Source of the DNA: Thermoanaerobaculia bacterium
GTDB taxonomy: Bacteria; Acidobacteriota; Thermoanaerobaculia; Gp7-AA8
Assembly (NCBI GenBank): GCA_023700825.1
Contig: JAMPYE010000003.1
Coordinates: forward strand, 1 to 36,178
Direction: 5' to 3'
DNA: 36,178 nucleotides
Of this stretch, positions 26,036-35,300 are shown one piece after another. Position numbers and translations under genes: made by a program. Positions within the stretch are counted from its first letter, which is position 1. Every line of letters starts with the position of its first letter. The notes beneath the pieces are model-generated. The model was not told the origin of the DNA. It was given only the letters and a program-made list of their open reading frames with translations, and did no database searches.

Positions 26036-28435
26036 ATGAGCTTCATCATTCAGAGGATCGAAGGCTCCAAGGTCATTCTTCGGGAGCACAAGGGCTCGAC
26101 GCTGCGGATCGGACGCGGCACGGATGCGCAGCTCCGATCGGAGAATCCGGTCGTTGCCCTCGAACACGCCATCATCGAGGCGCTCGAGTCGGGCTACGAC
26201 ATCGTCGACCGCGGCAGCATCACCGGCACCTACCTGAACGGCAGGACGATCGAGTCGAGCCGGCTCGGCAAGGGTGACGAGATCGAGATCGGCGACCTTC
26301 GGATCACGGTGCAGTCCGCCGACGCGGGCCGGCCGCTCTTCATCCGCGTCGAGGAGACCGACGAGGAGAGCGCCGCCGACGAGGACATTCCGGTGCCCGT
26401 GGGCACCGTCGCTCTCCCTCGGCCCGCTCCCGGAGGCGTGCTCAAGGCGCCGCGCGTCGACTACGTCGCGTCGTATCAGCTGCAGCGGAAGTTCCTCTCG
26501 AAGACCGTCGTGGCGTGGATGGCGATTCTCGTCGCTCTCACGACGCTCGGACTCGTCACCGTCGGCAACCAGCAGGTGGCGTTCCGCCCCGGCAAACTCT
26601 CCGTCGCGCACACCCAGGCCGCGGTCGAAGGCGTGCGACTGATCGGCGAGAGCAACTGCAGCGCGTGCCACGCGCCGTGGGGCGGCGCGACCGACGAGAA
26701 GTGCCAGGCATGTCACAAGCAGGCCGGTCACCAGGAAGGCCTCGCGCAGGTTGGCGCATGCACGGCGTGCCACACCGAGCACCGCCAGCTCGCGAATCTC
26801 GGCGAGGTCTATCAGCGCGAGTGCCTCGCGTGCCACAAGGAACTGCAGCCCGATCCCGGCAAGACGCTTCGCGTCGCGAAGAACATCACTGCGTTCGAGA
26901 AGGACCATCCCGAGTTCAAGCTCACCATCCTCGCCGGCGGCAAGGAGACGAAGGTCAGCCTGAGCGACCCGAAGGGTCGTTCGGCCGACGCCAATCGCTT
27001 CAAGTTCAACCACCAGTGCCACGTCGTCGGCACCTGCAACAAGCGACCCCCGACGATCGAGAACCCGGTCCAGGAAGTCGAGAAGCTGACGTGCGACTCG
27101 TGCCACAAGGTTCAGGGCGACACGGGCATCATCGACGACCGCTCGTACGACAAGTACTGTGCGCGCTGCCACCCTCTCACCTTCGACAACCGCTTCCCGC
27201 CGGTTCCTCACCATCTGAACCTGCAGACCGTCGCCGGCTACATCGCCAACGCCTACTCTGGAAACCAGAACATCCTGAAGATGAGCGCCGAGGAAGTCAC
27301 TCGCGTCTTCGCGTCGGGCTCGTCGAACCAGATCAACGTGGGAAGCGAGATCGTCCGCAGCGCGCAGCGAACGGTGCAGGCGCGATGCAAGGTCTGCCAC
27401 GACTTTCAGCCTAACGGGGAGGCCGTGCGTCCGCCGACCAAGTCGAACCGCTGGTTCAAGGGCCAGCGCGTCTTCGACCACGGCAAGCACCTCAACGAGA
27501 GCGTCAAGACCAAGTGCATCGACTGCCACGAAGGCGTGGTCGAGAGCAAGAAGACGTCCGACGTCAACATGCCGGGCATCAAGACCTGCGTCGGCTGCCA
27601 CAAGGCGGCGAGCGAGTACAAGGACAAGGGCATCGAGACGTGCCAGACGTGCCACGCGTACCACTCGCTGACGGTGTCGCAGGGAGCGGGTTGGACGCTC
27701 AAGGCCTCCGTCATTCCTGCGGAGATGCGACTCATCGCGCTCGGAGGCAAGTCGGAGTCGCAGCAACCCGGCAAGCCGGCGACGAACCGCTTCGCGGTAC
27801 CCCTTTGGGCGGCGTTCGCCGTGCCGATCGGCCTGGTCGTGCTCATCGGAGTCGTCGGCGGGTTGCTCGGCGCGATCCGTGCGCGCGCCGCCGCTCCGAC
27901 TCCTCCTCCCGCGCCGCCCAAGCCCAAGGGCGGAGCGCCGAAGCCCGCACCTTCCGCCGCGCCCGCTGCGCCCCCGAAACCCGCAGCCCCGAAACCTGCT
28001 GCGCCTAAACCGAAGCCGGCGCCCCCGCCTCCTCCCGTTCTTCCCGAGAGCACGGTGGCGATGGATCTCTCCGAAGTGAAGCGTACGGTCGCGGAGGCGC
28101 TGCCGGCGGGACCGACGGTGAATGCCGAGTACTTCGGCAGAATCGCCTTCACCGGAGGGAAGTTGTCGGGACAGAGCTTCACGATCGATCCCGACAAGGG
28201 TCTCTTCATCGGACGAGACCGCGAGGTCGCGAGCGTCGTGATCGATGACTCCCGCATCTCGAGACGCCACACGTGGGTCGGCGTTAGGGACGGCAAGGTC
28301 GTCGTGGTCGATCAGAAATCGACCAACGGCACGTACCTGGAGTCGACTCAGAACCGGATCACCGAGGCGGAGTTGAAGGAAGGCGCAGTCGTGATTCTCG
28401 GGGAGAACGCGGCGAGTTTCAGGTATGAGCGCTGA
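26036..28435 (+). CDS. FHA - TM - decaheme cytochrome c - TM - Pro-rich linker - FHA, 799 aa
   Basis: Ten CxxCH motifs (CSACH, CQACH, CTACH, CLACH, CDSCH, CARCH, CKVCH, CIDCH, CVGCH, CQTCH) between two hydrophobic helices. FHA motifs at both ends (IGR...HA...GTYLNG; IGR...SRRH...STNGT). Confidence 0.92.
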   Translation: MSFIIQRIEGSKVILREHKGSTLRIGRGTDAQLRSENPVVALEHAIIEALESGYDIVDRGSITGTYLNGRTIESSRLGKGDEIEIGDLRITVQSADAGRPLFIRVEETDEESAADEDIPVPVGTVALPRPAPGGVLKAPRVDYVASYQLQRKFLSKTVVAWMAILVALTTLGLVTVGNQQVAFRPGKLSVAHTQAAVEGVRLIGESNCSACHAPWGGATDEKCQACHKQAGHQEGLAQVGACTACHTEHRQLANLGEVYQRECLACHKELQPDPGKTLRVAKNITAFEKDHPEFKLTILAGGKETKVSLSDPKGRSADANRFKFNHQCHVVGTCNKRPPTIENPVQEVEKLTCDSCHKVQGDTGIIDDRSYDKYCARCHPLTFDNRFPPVPHHLNLQTVAGYIANAYSGNQNILKMSAEEVTRVFASGSSNQINVGSEIVRSAQRTVQARCKVCHDFQPNGEAVRPPTKSNRWFKGQRVFDHGKHLNESVKTKCIDCHEGVVESKKTSDVNMPGIKTCVGCHKAASEYKDKGIETCQTCHAYHSLTVSQGAGWTLKASVIPAEMRLIALGGKSESQQPGKPATNRFAVPLWAAFAVPIGLVVLIGVVGGLLGAIRARAAAPTPPPAPPKPKGGAPKPAPSAAPAAPPKPAAPKPAAPKPKPAPPPPPVLPESTVAMDLSEVKRTVAEALPAGPTVNAEYFGRIAFTGGKLSGQSFTIDPDKGLFIGRDREVASVVIDDSRISRRHTWVGVRDGKVVVVDQKSTNGTYLESTQNRITEAELKEGAVVILGENAASFRYER

Positions 28436-28443
28436 TTTCCGGG

Positions 28444-28472
28444 TTGACAAGACACGGATCCAAGGTTACGTT
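28444..28472 (+). promoter_or_regulatory. Putative sigma70-type promoter upstream of the GlcG/HbpS-like gene
   Basis: TTGACA (28444-28449), 17 nt spacer, TACGTT (28467-28472) in a 64-nt intergenic gap. AAGGTG RBS before ATG 28500. Confidence 0.6.
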
Positions 28473-28499
28473 TTCGCCACAACTTAAAAAGGTGAATCG

Positions 28500-30269
28500 A
28501 TGAGCCCAAGAGCCTTGCATCGTGGGGTAGTACGCCGTTTTCTGCTCATTTTCACGATATCCCTGCTGGTCGGCGCGGGCGCAGCGCTGGCGCAGCCGAC
28601 TCCTCCCGACTGCGCGGGAGTCGACGTCGTCGGTTCTCCCTGTCGCGACGGGCGCCCCGGGGGGATCGAGGCGGCGGAGGGATCGTTCCTTCCGCTCAAC
28701 GCCGACGAGGTGAGAAGCCTGGCGGTGACGGCGTCGGTTCTGATCGACGATCCGAAGATCACCGTGGCGGTGGTCGATCGGGCAGGCAGGGTTCTCGCGA
28801 TCGTGAGAAATCCCGAGGCCGACCCCGCGAACGACGAGTTGGCAGTGGGCGTCGCGCGCACGTCAGCGTTCTTCAGCCACAACACCGCGCCGCTCTCGTC
28901 GCGCACCGTGCGTTTCATCAGCAGCCTGCACTTCCCACCTGGCGTGAAGAAGGCCTACGAGAACGCGCTGTACGGGATCGAGAACACCAATCGCGGCTGC
29001 GACTTCAACCTTCAGTTCAACGCGGGAAAGTGCATTCCCCGCGCGACTTCCGTCGTCAATGCCGGACCCTGCAACGGGCTCGACAACTCCGGCTGCGGGC
29101 CGGGGATCGTGACGGGCAAGCCGCAGCCGTTCGATCAGCACGAGGACGGGAAGCACCCGGCGCCGATCGGACTGCAGGGACCCTTCAACCCGGGCGGTCT
29201 GCCGGTCAATGCGGGCGGCATTCCGCTCTACCGCATCGGCAGTTTCGAGATTCTCAAGGGAAGCCTCGCCGAGGGCAATGCGAAGGTCGAAGTCGAAGGG
29301 CCCAGCTACATGGTCGGAGCCATCGGAGTCGCGGGCGTGTCGTCGGACCACGCGGAGTTCGCGGCGTTCGGCGCGGCCGCGCTCGGAGTCCCCGGGGTCA
29401 TCTTCCCGGCTCCGTCGTTCCCCGAACTGCCGCGGCCCGGGCGAGTCATCATCGACGGAATCCGCCTTCCTTTCGTCGACCAGGGGTTTCGTCCGAAAGG
29501 CACGAGGCAGGCGGCGGCGGCTTCGGGGACGTTCATCGTCGGTCCGAATCCCGGAGGGTGCGTCGGCAACCGTTATCTCGCCGGGCCGATCGGATCGCCC
29601 GAGCTGAGCCGTGACGAGGTGGACGGGATCATTCGCCGCAGCGTCGCGACCGCGCAGAAGACGCGCGGATACATCCGCCTTCCGCTGAACTCCTACTCGC
29701 GGATGGTCATCGCCGTCTCCGACCTGAACGGCAACATCCTCGGGCTCTATCGCATGCCGGACGCGACGATCTTCTCGATCGACGTCGCGGTGGCGAAGGC
29801 TCGCAACGTCGTCTACTTCAGCGGCGCAGGAAACTCGGATCTGCCCGGCGTGCCGGTGGGTACCGCGGTCAACGCCCGCACGCTCGGTTATGCCGGCTCC
29901 CCGCTCTTCCCGGGTGGCATCGATTTCACGGACCCGGGGCCGTTCTTCGACATCTTCCTCAACGACCTCGCCAACGCCTGTTCACAGGGGTTCCAGGCGC
30001 CTAACGCCAACCAGAACGGGATCGTCTTCTTCCCGGGCTCGACGCCGCTCTATCGGAACGGGGTTCTGGTCGGTGGCCTCGGGATTTCCGGGGACGGCGT
30101 CGACCAGGACGATTACGTGACGCTCAAAGGAGCAGCAGAGTTCTACCCCGATCCCTCGATCTGGGCCGATCGCGTGAAGATCGACGGAGTCCGACTGCCG
30201 TACCTCCACCTTCCCCGCCAGCCGGAAGGCGTAACCGAGAAATTCATTGAGCCCTTCGATGAGCCATAG
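28500..30269 (+). CDS. Exported protein with two GlcG/HbpS-like heme-binding domains
   Basis: Signal peptide ending ALA-Q. Domain 1: VAVVDRAG...ART...GGIPLY...VGAIGVAG. Domain 2: IAVSDLNG...AVAKARN...PGSTPLY...VGGLGISG. Confidence 0.82.
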   Translation: MSPRALHRGVVRRFLLIFTISLLVGAGAALAQPTPPDCAGVDVVGSPCRDGRPGGIEAAEGSFLPLNADEVRSLAVTASVLIDDPKITVAVVDRAGRVLAIVRNPEADPANDELAVGVARTSAFFSHNTAPLSSRTVRFISSLHFPPGVKKAYENALYGIENTNRGCDFNLQFNAGKCIPRATSVVNAGPCNGLDNSGCGPGIVTGKPQPFDQHEDGKHPAPIGLQGPFNPGGLPVNAGGIPLYRIGSFEILKGSLAEGNAKVEVEGPSYMVGAIGVAGVSSDHAEFAAFGAAALGVPGVIFPAPSFPELPRPGRVIIDGIRLPFVDQGFRPKGTRQAAAASGTFIVGPNPGGCVGNRYLAGPIGSPELSRDEVDGIIRRSVATAQKTRGYIRLPLNSYSRMVIAVSDLNGNILGLYRMPDATIFSIDVAVAKARNVVYFSGAGNSDLPGVPVGTAVNARTLGYAGSPLFPGGIDFTDPGPFFDIFLNDLANACSQGFQAPNANQNGIVFFPGSTPLYRNGVLVGGLGISGDGVDQDDYVTLKGAAEFYPDPSIWADRVKIDGVRLPYLHLPRQPEGVTEKFIEPFDEP

Positions 30270-32298
30270 AACGAACGCACTCGCTCTTGCCGCGGCGGTT
30301 CTGATCGCCGTGGCCGCGCTCGGCGCGCACGCCGAGGATCTGACGCTGACGATCGGGGTGTCGGCAGACACGCCGGTCTACGCACACACCGCGAGGCCGG
30401 AGATCGCCGGCTCGACGAACGCCCCGCCCGGTTCGGTCGTCGCCATCACGATCGACGGACAGACGCAGAACGCGCAGGTCGGCGAGGACGGCAAGTTCTC
30501 CGTCGAATGGGGCATCGACCTCGAGGTCGGGTCGCACCTGGTCAGCGCGAGCGTTTCGACTGCCGACGGCCGGAGCGCGAAGGCCGAGCAGGATCTTCGC
30601 GTCGACCTCGAAGAGTTCATGCCGCGCCAGCCGATCGAGCCGCTTCTGATTCCGGAGCCGCTCCCGCGGATCGTCCCGAACATCGAGGACTTCGCCGCGT
30701 ACACCGACCGCTGGCAGATCTCCCCGCCGGCCGACTACGAGTTGCAGGTGTCCCCGCGAGGGAAGTGGGATCCGTACAACCAGAACATCCTCAAGGGAGA
30801 CAAGCCTCGCTTCGGCAAGGACATCTTCCTGAACCTGACCGGAATCTCCGACTTCCTCGTCGAGATCCGCGACCTGCCGACGCCCACGGGCATCTCGACC
30901 GACGACCCGACCTCGTTCCCGTTCTTCGGTGACAGCGAGCAGGTCGTCATGAACCAGAACGTCGTGATGACCGCGGACCTCTACAAGGGCCTGACCACCT
31001 TCCGCCCCGCGACGTGGCGTGCCCGCGCCACCCTGGTGGGCAACGTGAACCACGTGATTCTGCAAGAGGCGAACGCCGTGAACATCGACGTGCGAGAGGG
31101 GACCGATCGCACGGATGGAACCTTCGCCGTGCAGGAGCTCTTCTACGAACGCAAGCTCGCCGACCTGACTGAGAGCTTCGACTTCATGTCGATCCGCGCC
31201 GGGGTGCAGAGTTTCGTCAGCGACTTCCGCGGCTTCATCTTCAACGACCAGAACCTCGGTGTCCGTTTCTTCGGCAACTGGGACGCGAACCGTTACCAGT
31301 ACAACGCGGCTTTCTTCGATCGTCTCGAGAAGGACACCAACAGCGGGCTCAACAAGGTGGAGCGGCGCGAGCAGCAGGTGTTCATCATGAACGCCTACCG
31401 GCAGGACACGTTCGTGCCGGGTTACACCACTCAGGTCAGCTTCCACTACCTCCACGACGATCCGTCGGTGTACTACGACAAGAACGGCTTTCTCGTGCGC
31501 CCTGCGCCGGTCGGTGACTTCGTGCCGCACGAAATCGACGCTTACTACCTCGGCTGGTCAGGGCTCGGCAAGGTCGACGTCTGGAACGTCGATCACGCGT
31601 TCTACTACGTTACCGGCAAGGACAGTCGTAGCCCGATCGCGGGCTCGGATCCGCTCGGCGGCGGAGTCGGCAACGACGGCGTCACGCCGGGTTCGGCCGA
31701 GGTCGACATCAACGGGTACATGGGCTTCGTCGAGATCTCGCGCGACTACGACTGGCTTCGCCCGAGGGCGGCGATCTTCTTCGCGTCGGGAGACGACGAC
31801 CTGTACGATCGCGACGCGGAAGGCTTCGACGCGGTCTTCTCTAACGTGAACGCGCTCGGCGGCGGCTTCAGCTTCTGGAACCGCCAGGGAATCCGTCTTC
31901 CTGGGACGGGCGTCGGCCTCACGCAGCGCGGAAGCCTCCTGGCCGACCTGACGAGCAGCAAGGACGAAGGGCAACCGGAGTTCGTGAACCCGGGCGTGCA
32001 GATCGCGAGCGTCGGACTCGACGTCGACGTCACCCCGAGGATCAAGGCGATCTTCACGACGAACTACATTCGCCTGGCCAAAACCGAGGTCGTCGAGGGC
32101 CTGATCTTCCAGGACGACGTCGACAAGGAGATGGGGCTCGACGTGAGCCTCGGCGTCCGTTACCGACCGTTCTTCTCGAACAACATGACCGTCCTCGGTG
32201 GCGCGGCGATGTTCGCGCCTGGCTCGGGCTGGGAAGACATCTACGAAGACGACGATCTGCACTGGCAATTCTTCACGACACTGACTCTGCAGTTCTGA
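30259..32298 (+). CDS. Outer-membrane beta-barrel protein with N-terminal Ig-like domain, 679 aa
   Basis: Signal peptide (AHA-E). Bacterial Ig-like segment (PEIAGST...GSVVAITIDG...VGEDGKFSV). Many amphipathic strands and C-terminal BAM-type signal FFTTLTLQF. Overlaps the upstream stop. Confidence 0.8.
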   Translation: MSHRTNALALAAAVLIAVAALGAHAEDLTLTIGVSADTPVYAHTARPEIAGSTNAPPGSVVAITIDGQTQNAQVGEDGKFSVEWGIDLEVGSHLVSASVSTADGRSAKAEQDLRVDLEEFMPRQPIEPLLIPEPLPRIVPNIEDFAAYTDRWQISPPADYELQVSPRGKWDPYNQNILKGDKPRFGKDIFLNLTGISDFLVEIRDLPTPTGISTDDPTSFPFFGDSEQVVMNQNVVMTADLYKGLTTFRPATWRARATLVGNVNHVILQEANAVNIDVREGTDRTDGTFAVQELFYERKLADLTESFDFMSIRAGVQSFVSDFRGFIFNDQNLGVRFFGNWDANRYQYNAAFFDRLEKDTNSGLNKVERREQQVFIMNAYRQDTFVPGYTTQVSFHYLHDDPSVYYDKNGFLVRPAPVGDFVPHEIDAYYLGWSGLGKVDVWNVDHAFYYVTGKDSRSPIAGSDPLGGGVGNDGVTPGSAEVDINGYMGFVEISRDYDWLRPRAAIFFASGDDDLYDRDAEGFDAVFSNVNALGGGFSFWNRQGIRLPGTGVGLTQRGSLLADLTSSKDEGQPEFVNPGVQIASVGLDVDVTPRIKAIFTTNYIRLAKTEVVEGLIFQDDVDKEMGLDVSLGVRYRPFFSNNMTVLGGAAMFAPGSGWEDIYEDDDLHWQFFTTLTLQF

Positions 32299-32314
32299 CC
32301 GAGGCACGCGCGCC

Positions 32315-35300
32315 ATGACTCAAATGATCGGAAAACTGACCACCAATCCGCCGCGCGCCGCAATCGCGGTGATCGCCTTCGTCGCGATTCTCTGCCTGCC
32401 GGCGATCGTCACGTCGTCGACCAGCGGCACACAGGTCGACGCGACGACCGCGTTGATGTCCCAGACGCACGAGCAGGCGCTCGCGAAGAGCCGTTCATGC
32501 CTCGGCTGCCACGAAGGGATCGAGGACGCGCACGCCTCCGACGCCGTCAAGCTCGGCTGCACCGACTGTCACGGGGGTGACGCGAACGTCGCGGTCACGA
32601 AGGGATGGTCGCGCGAGTCGGCCGAGTACGAGCAGGCGATGAACTCGTCGCACGTGCTGCCCCGCCATCCGGAGAACTGGGTGCGCGACGGGCGGCGCAC
32701 GTCGTCGAATCCGACGAACTCTTACGTCGACCTGATGAAGGAGCCGGCGGAGTTCGTGAAGTTCATCAACCCCGGCGATCTCCGCGTCGCGCAGGAAGCG
32801 TGCGGCGGCTGCCACCAGAAGCAGGTCAACAACGTGCCGAAGAGCACGATGGCGACGGCACAGACGTTCTGGGCGGCCGCTTCGTACGCGAACGGAATCC
32901 TCGGTCTCAAGTACGGCATCCTCGGCGAGCACTACACCCGCGACGGCGAGCCGGGCATGATCAAGGAAACGCGCACGCTCACCGACGAAGAGAAAGCGCG
33001 TGGCGCACTTTCCGTGGCGCTGCCGCTTCCCCGCTGGGAGCTCATCCAGCCGGGTGAGTACTTCCGCGCGTTCGAGCGCGGCGGCATCGAGTCGGGGAAC
33101 ACGCCGCCTGAGCCAGGCAATCCGAACATCCTGGAGGAGGCGGGCAAGCCCGATCTCCGCCTGAGCAATCGGGGCCGCGGCACGGGCCTCCGCATCAGCC
33201 CCGCGCTGATCAACATTCACAAGACCCGACTCAACGATCCGCACCTGTCGTTCCTCGGTACGAACGACCACCCGGGCGACTATCGCTCTTCGGGTTGCAG
33301 CGCGTGCCACGTCGTCTACGCGAACGACCGCGATCCGTTTAACTCCGGCCCCTACGCGAAGTACGGCCACCAGGGGCTCAGCCAGACCGGCGACCCGACG
33401 ATTCCGAAGAACGAGAAGGGCCACCCGATCCGCCATCGCCTGAGCCGTGCGATTCCGACGGCGCAGTGCATGGTCTGCCACATGCATCAGCCTAACTCGT
33501 TCGTGAACACCTATCTCGGCTACACGATGTGGGAGAACGAGATCAACGCGGAGTTCATGTATCCGAAGAAACAGAAGTACCCGACGGCCGAGGAGGAGGA
33601 TGCGATTCACATCCACAATCCCGAAGGCTCGTCGGTGCGTGGGCTCTGGTCTGACACCGACTTCCTCGAAAAGGTCAGCGAGCTGAACCCGAAGCTCGAA
33701 GATGGCCAGTTCGCCGACTACCACGGCCACGGCTGGATCTTCAAGGCGATCTTCAAGAAGGACCGCAAGGGAAACCTGCTCGACAAGGACGACAACATCG
33801 TCTCGTTCGAGGACCCCGAGAAGTTCAAGAAGGCGGTCCACCTCAAGGACATCCACCTCGAGAAGGGGATGCACTGCGTCGACTGCCACTTCGAGGTCGA
33901 CAACCACGGCGACAGTTACCTCAAGAGCGAGTACGCGGAAACGATCGAGATCGACTGCGAGAACTGCCACGGCGACAACGACTCGTACGCGAACCTGCGC
34001 ACGACCGGTCCCGCCGCCCCCAAGGGGGGCACCGATCTGTCTCTCATGACGACATCGGGAGGACGCCGCCGCTTCGCCTGGATCGACGGCAAGCTCTTCC
34101 AGCGCTCGGTCGTCGACCCGACGCTCGAGTGGGAAGTCAGCCAGGTCAAAGACTCGATCACGCCTGGACATCCGCAGTACAACGAGAAGTCCCGTTACGC
34201 GAAGACGATCCAGAAGGACGGCTCCACATGGGGGCTCCCCGCCACGGCGGACAAGCTCGCGCACTCGAACCAGAAGATGTCGTGCTACACCTGCCACTCT
34301 TCGTGGATCACGTCGTGCTTCGGCTGCCACCTTCCGCAGAAGTCGAATCGGAAGACCGAAATGCAGCACTACGAGGGAACCGAGACGCGCAATTACGCGA
34401 GCTACAACCCGCAGGTAGTGCGCTCCGACGTCTACATGCTCGGCGTCCACGGCCGCGCGGAGAAGGGCAAGATTGCGCCGGTCCGTTCGTCGAGCGCGCT
34501 GATGCTGAGCTCGACGCAGTCGAACCGCCAGAAGATCTACAACCAGCAGACGACGATCTCGGCGCCGGGCTTCAACGGCCAGGCGTTCAACCCGCACGTT
34601 CCGCACACGGTGCGAACCAGGGAGACGAAGGGCTGCCCCGACTGTCACGTCTCCGAGGCGAACGACAACAACGCCTGGATGGCGCAGCTGCTGCTTCAGG
34701 GCACGAACTGGGTGAACTTCATCGGGAAGTACGCCTGGGTGGCGACCGGGGACGAAGGGATCGAAGCGATCCGCGTGACGGAGGATCCGGAGCCGCAGGC
34801 CGTCATCGGGAGCACGCTCCACAAGATCGTCTATCCCGATTACTACGCGAAGCACGAGAAGAACCACAAAGAACTCGAGGACGCGTATCACCATCACGGC
34901 CACGGGATCCGCAGCCTCCAGCAGCGGGGTGAGTATCTTTACGTCGCGAAGGGCCACGATGGCGTGCAGGTCTACGACATCGCGGTCGTCGACAATAAGG
35001 ACTACTCCGAGCGCTTCGTGAGCTCGCCGTTCACCAAGTACGGCCAGAACACGAAGATCAAGACGAAGTACGCGACGGCGATCGCATTGCCGACGAACAT
35101 GCCGATGGCGCCGCACCGCAAGCCGTTGCCGGGCGAGCAGCTGATCCACCCGACCTATTCGTACGCGTATATCAGCGACAAGGAAGAGGGCCTGATCCTC
35201 TTCAACTCGAACACCTTCACCGACGGCGATCCGCTCAACAACTTCATCGAGAGGGCGGTCACCTTCAACCCCGACGACGCGCTCCACGGAGCGATGAACC

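Noticed and set aside
27005-27040. HQCHVVGTC as an eleventh heme site in the FHA-cytochrome
   Set aside because: It is not CxxCH. FNHxxH is a usual distal-ligand motif, and the two extra Cys more plausibly form a disulfide.
27890-28040. C-rich quasi-repeats here and at ~21950-22030 as DNA repeat elements
   Set aside because: Explained by Pro/Ala/Lys-rich protein linkers (PKPAA repeats) with synonymous variation.
32315-32400. Lipoprotein signal on the LVIVD decaheme (Cys in VAILC)
   Set aside because: Poor lipobox, and the Cys lies inside the hydrophobic core. Treated as an ordinary signal or anchor.
22766-35287. Very long minus-strand ORFs (22766..25168, 25982..28450, 32495..35287) and similar ones elsewhere
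   Set aside because: They are antisense shadows of well-supported genes, expected in high-GC DNA. They show no motifs and have low-complexity R/A/V-rich translations.
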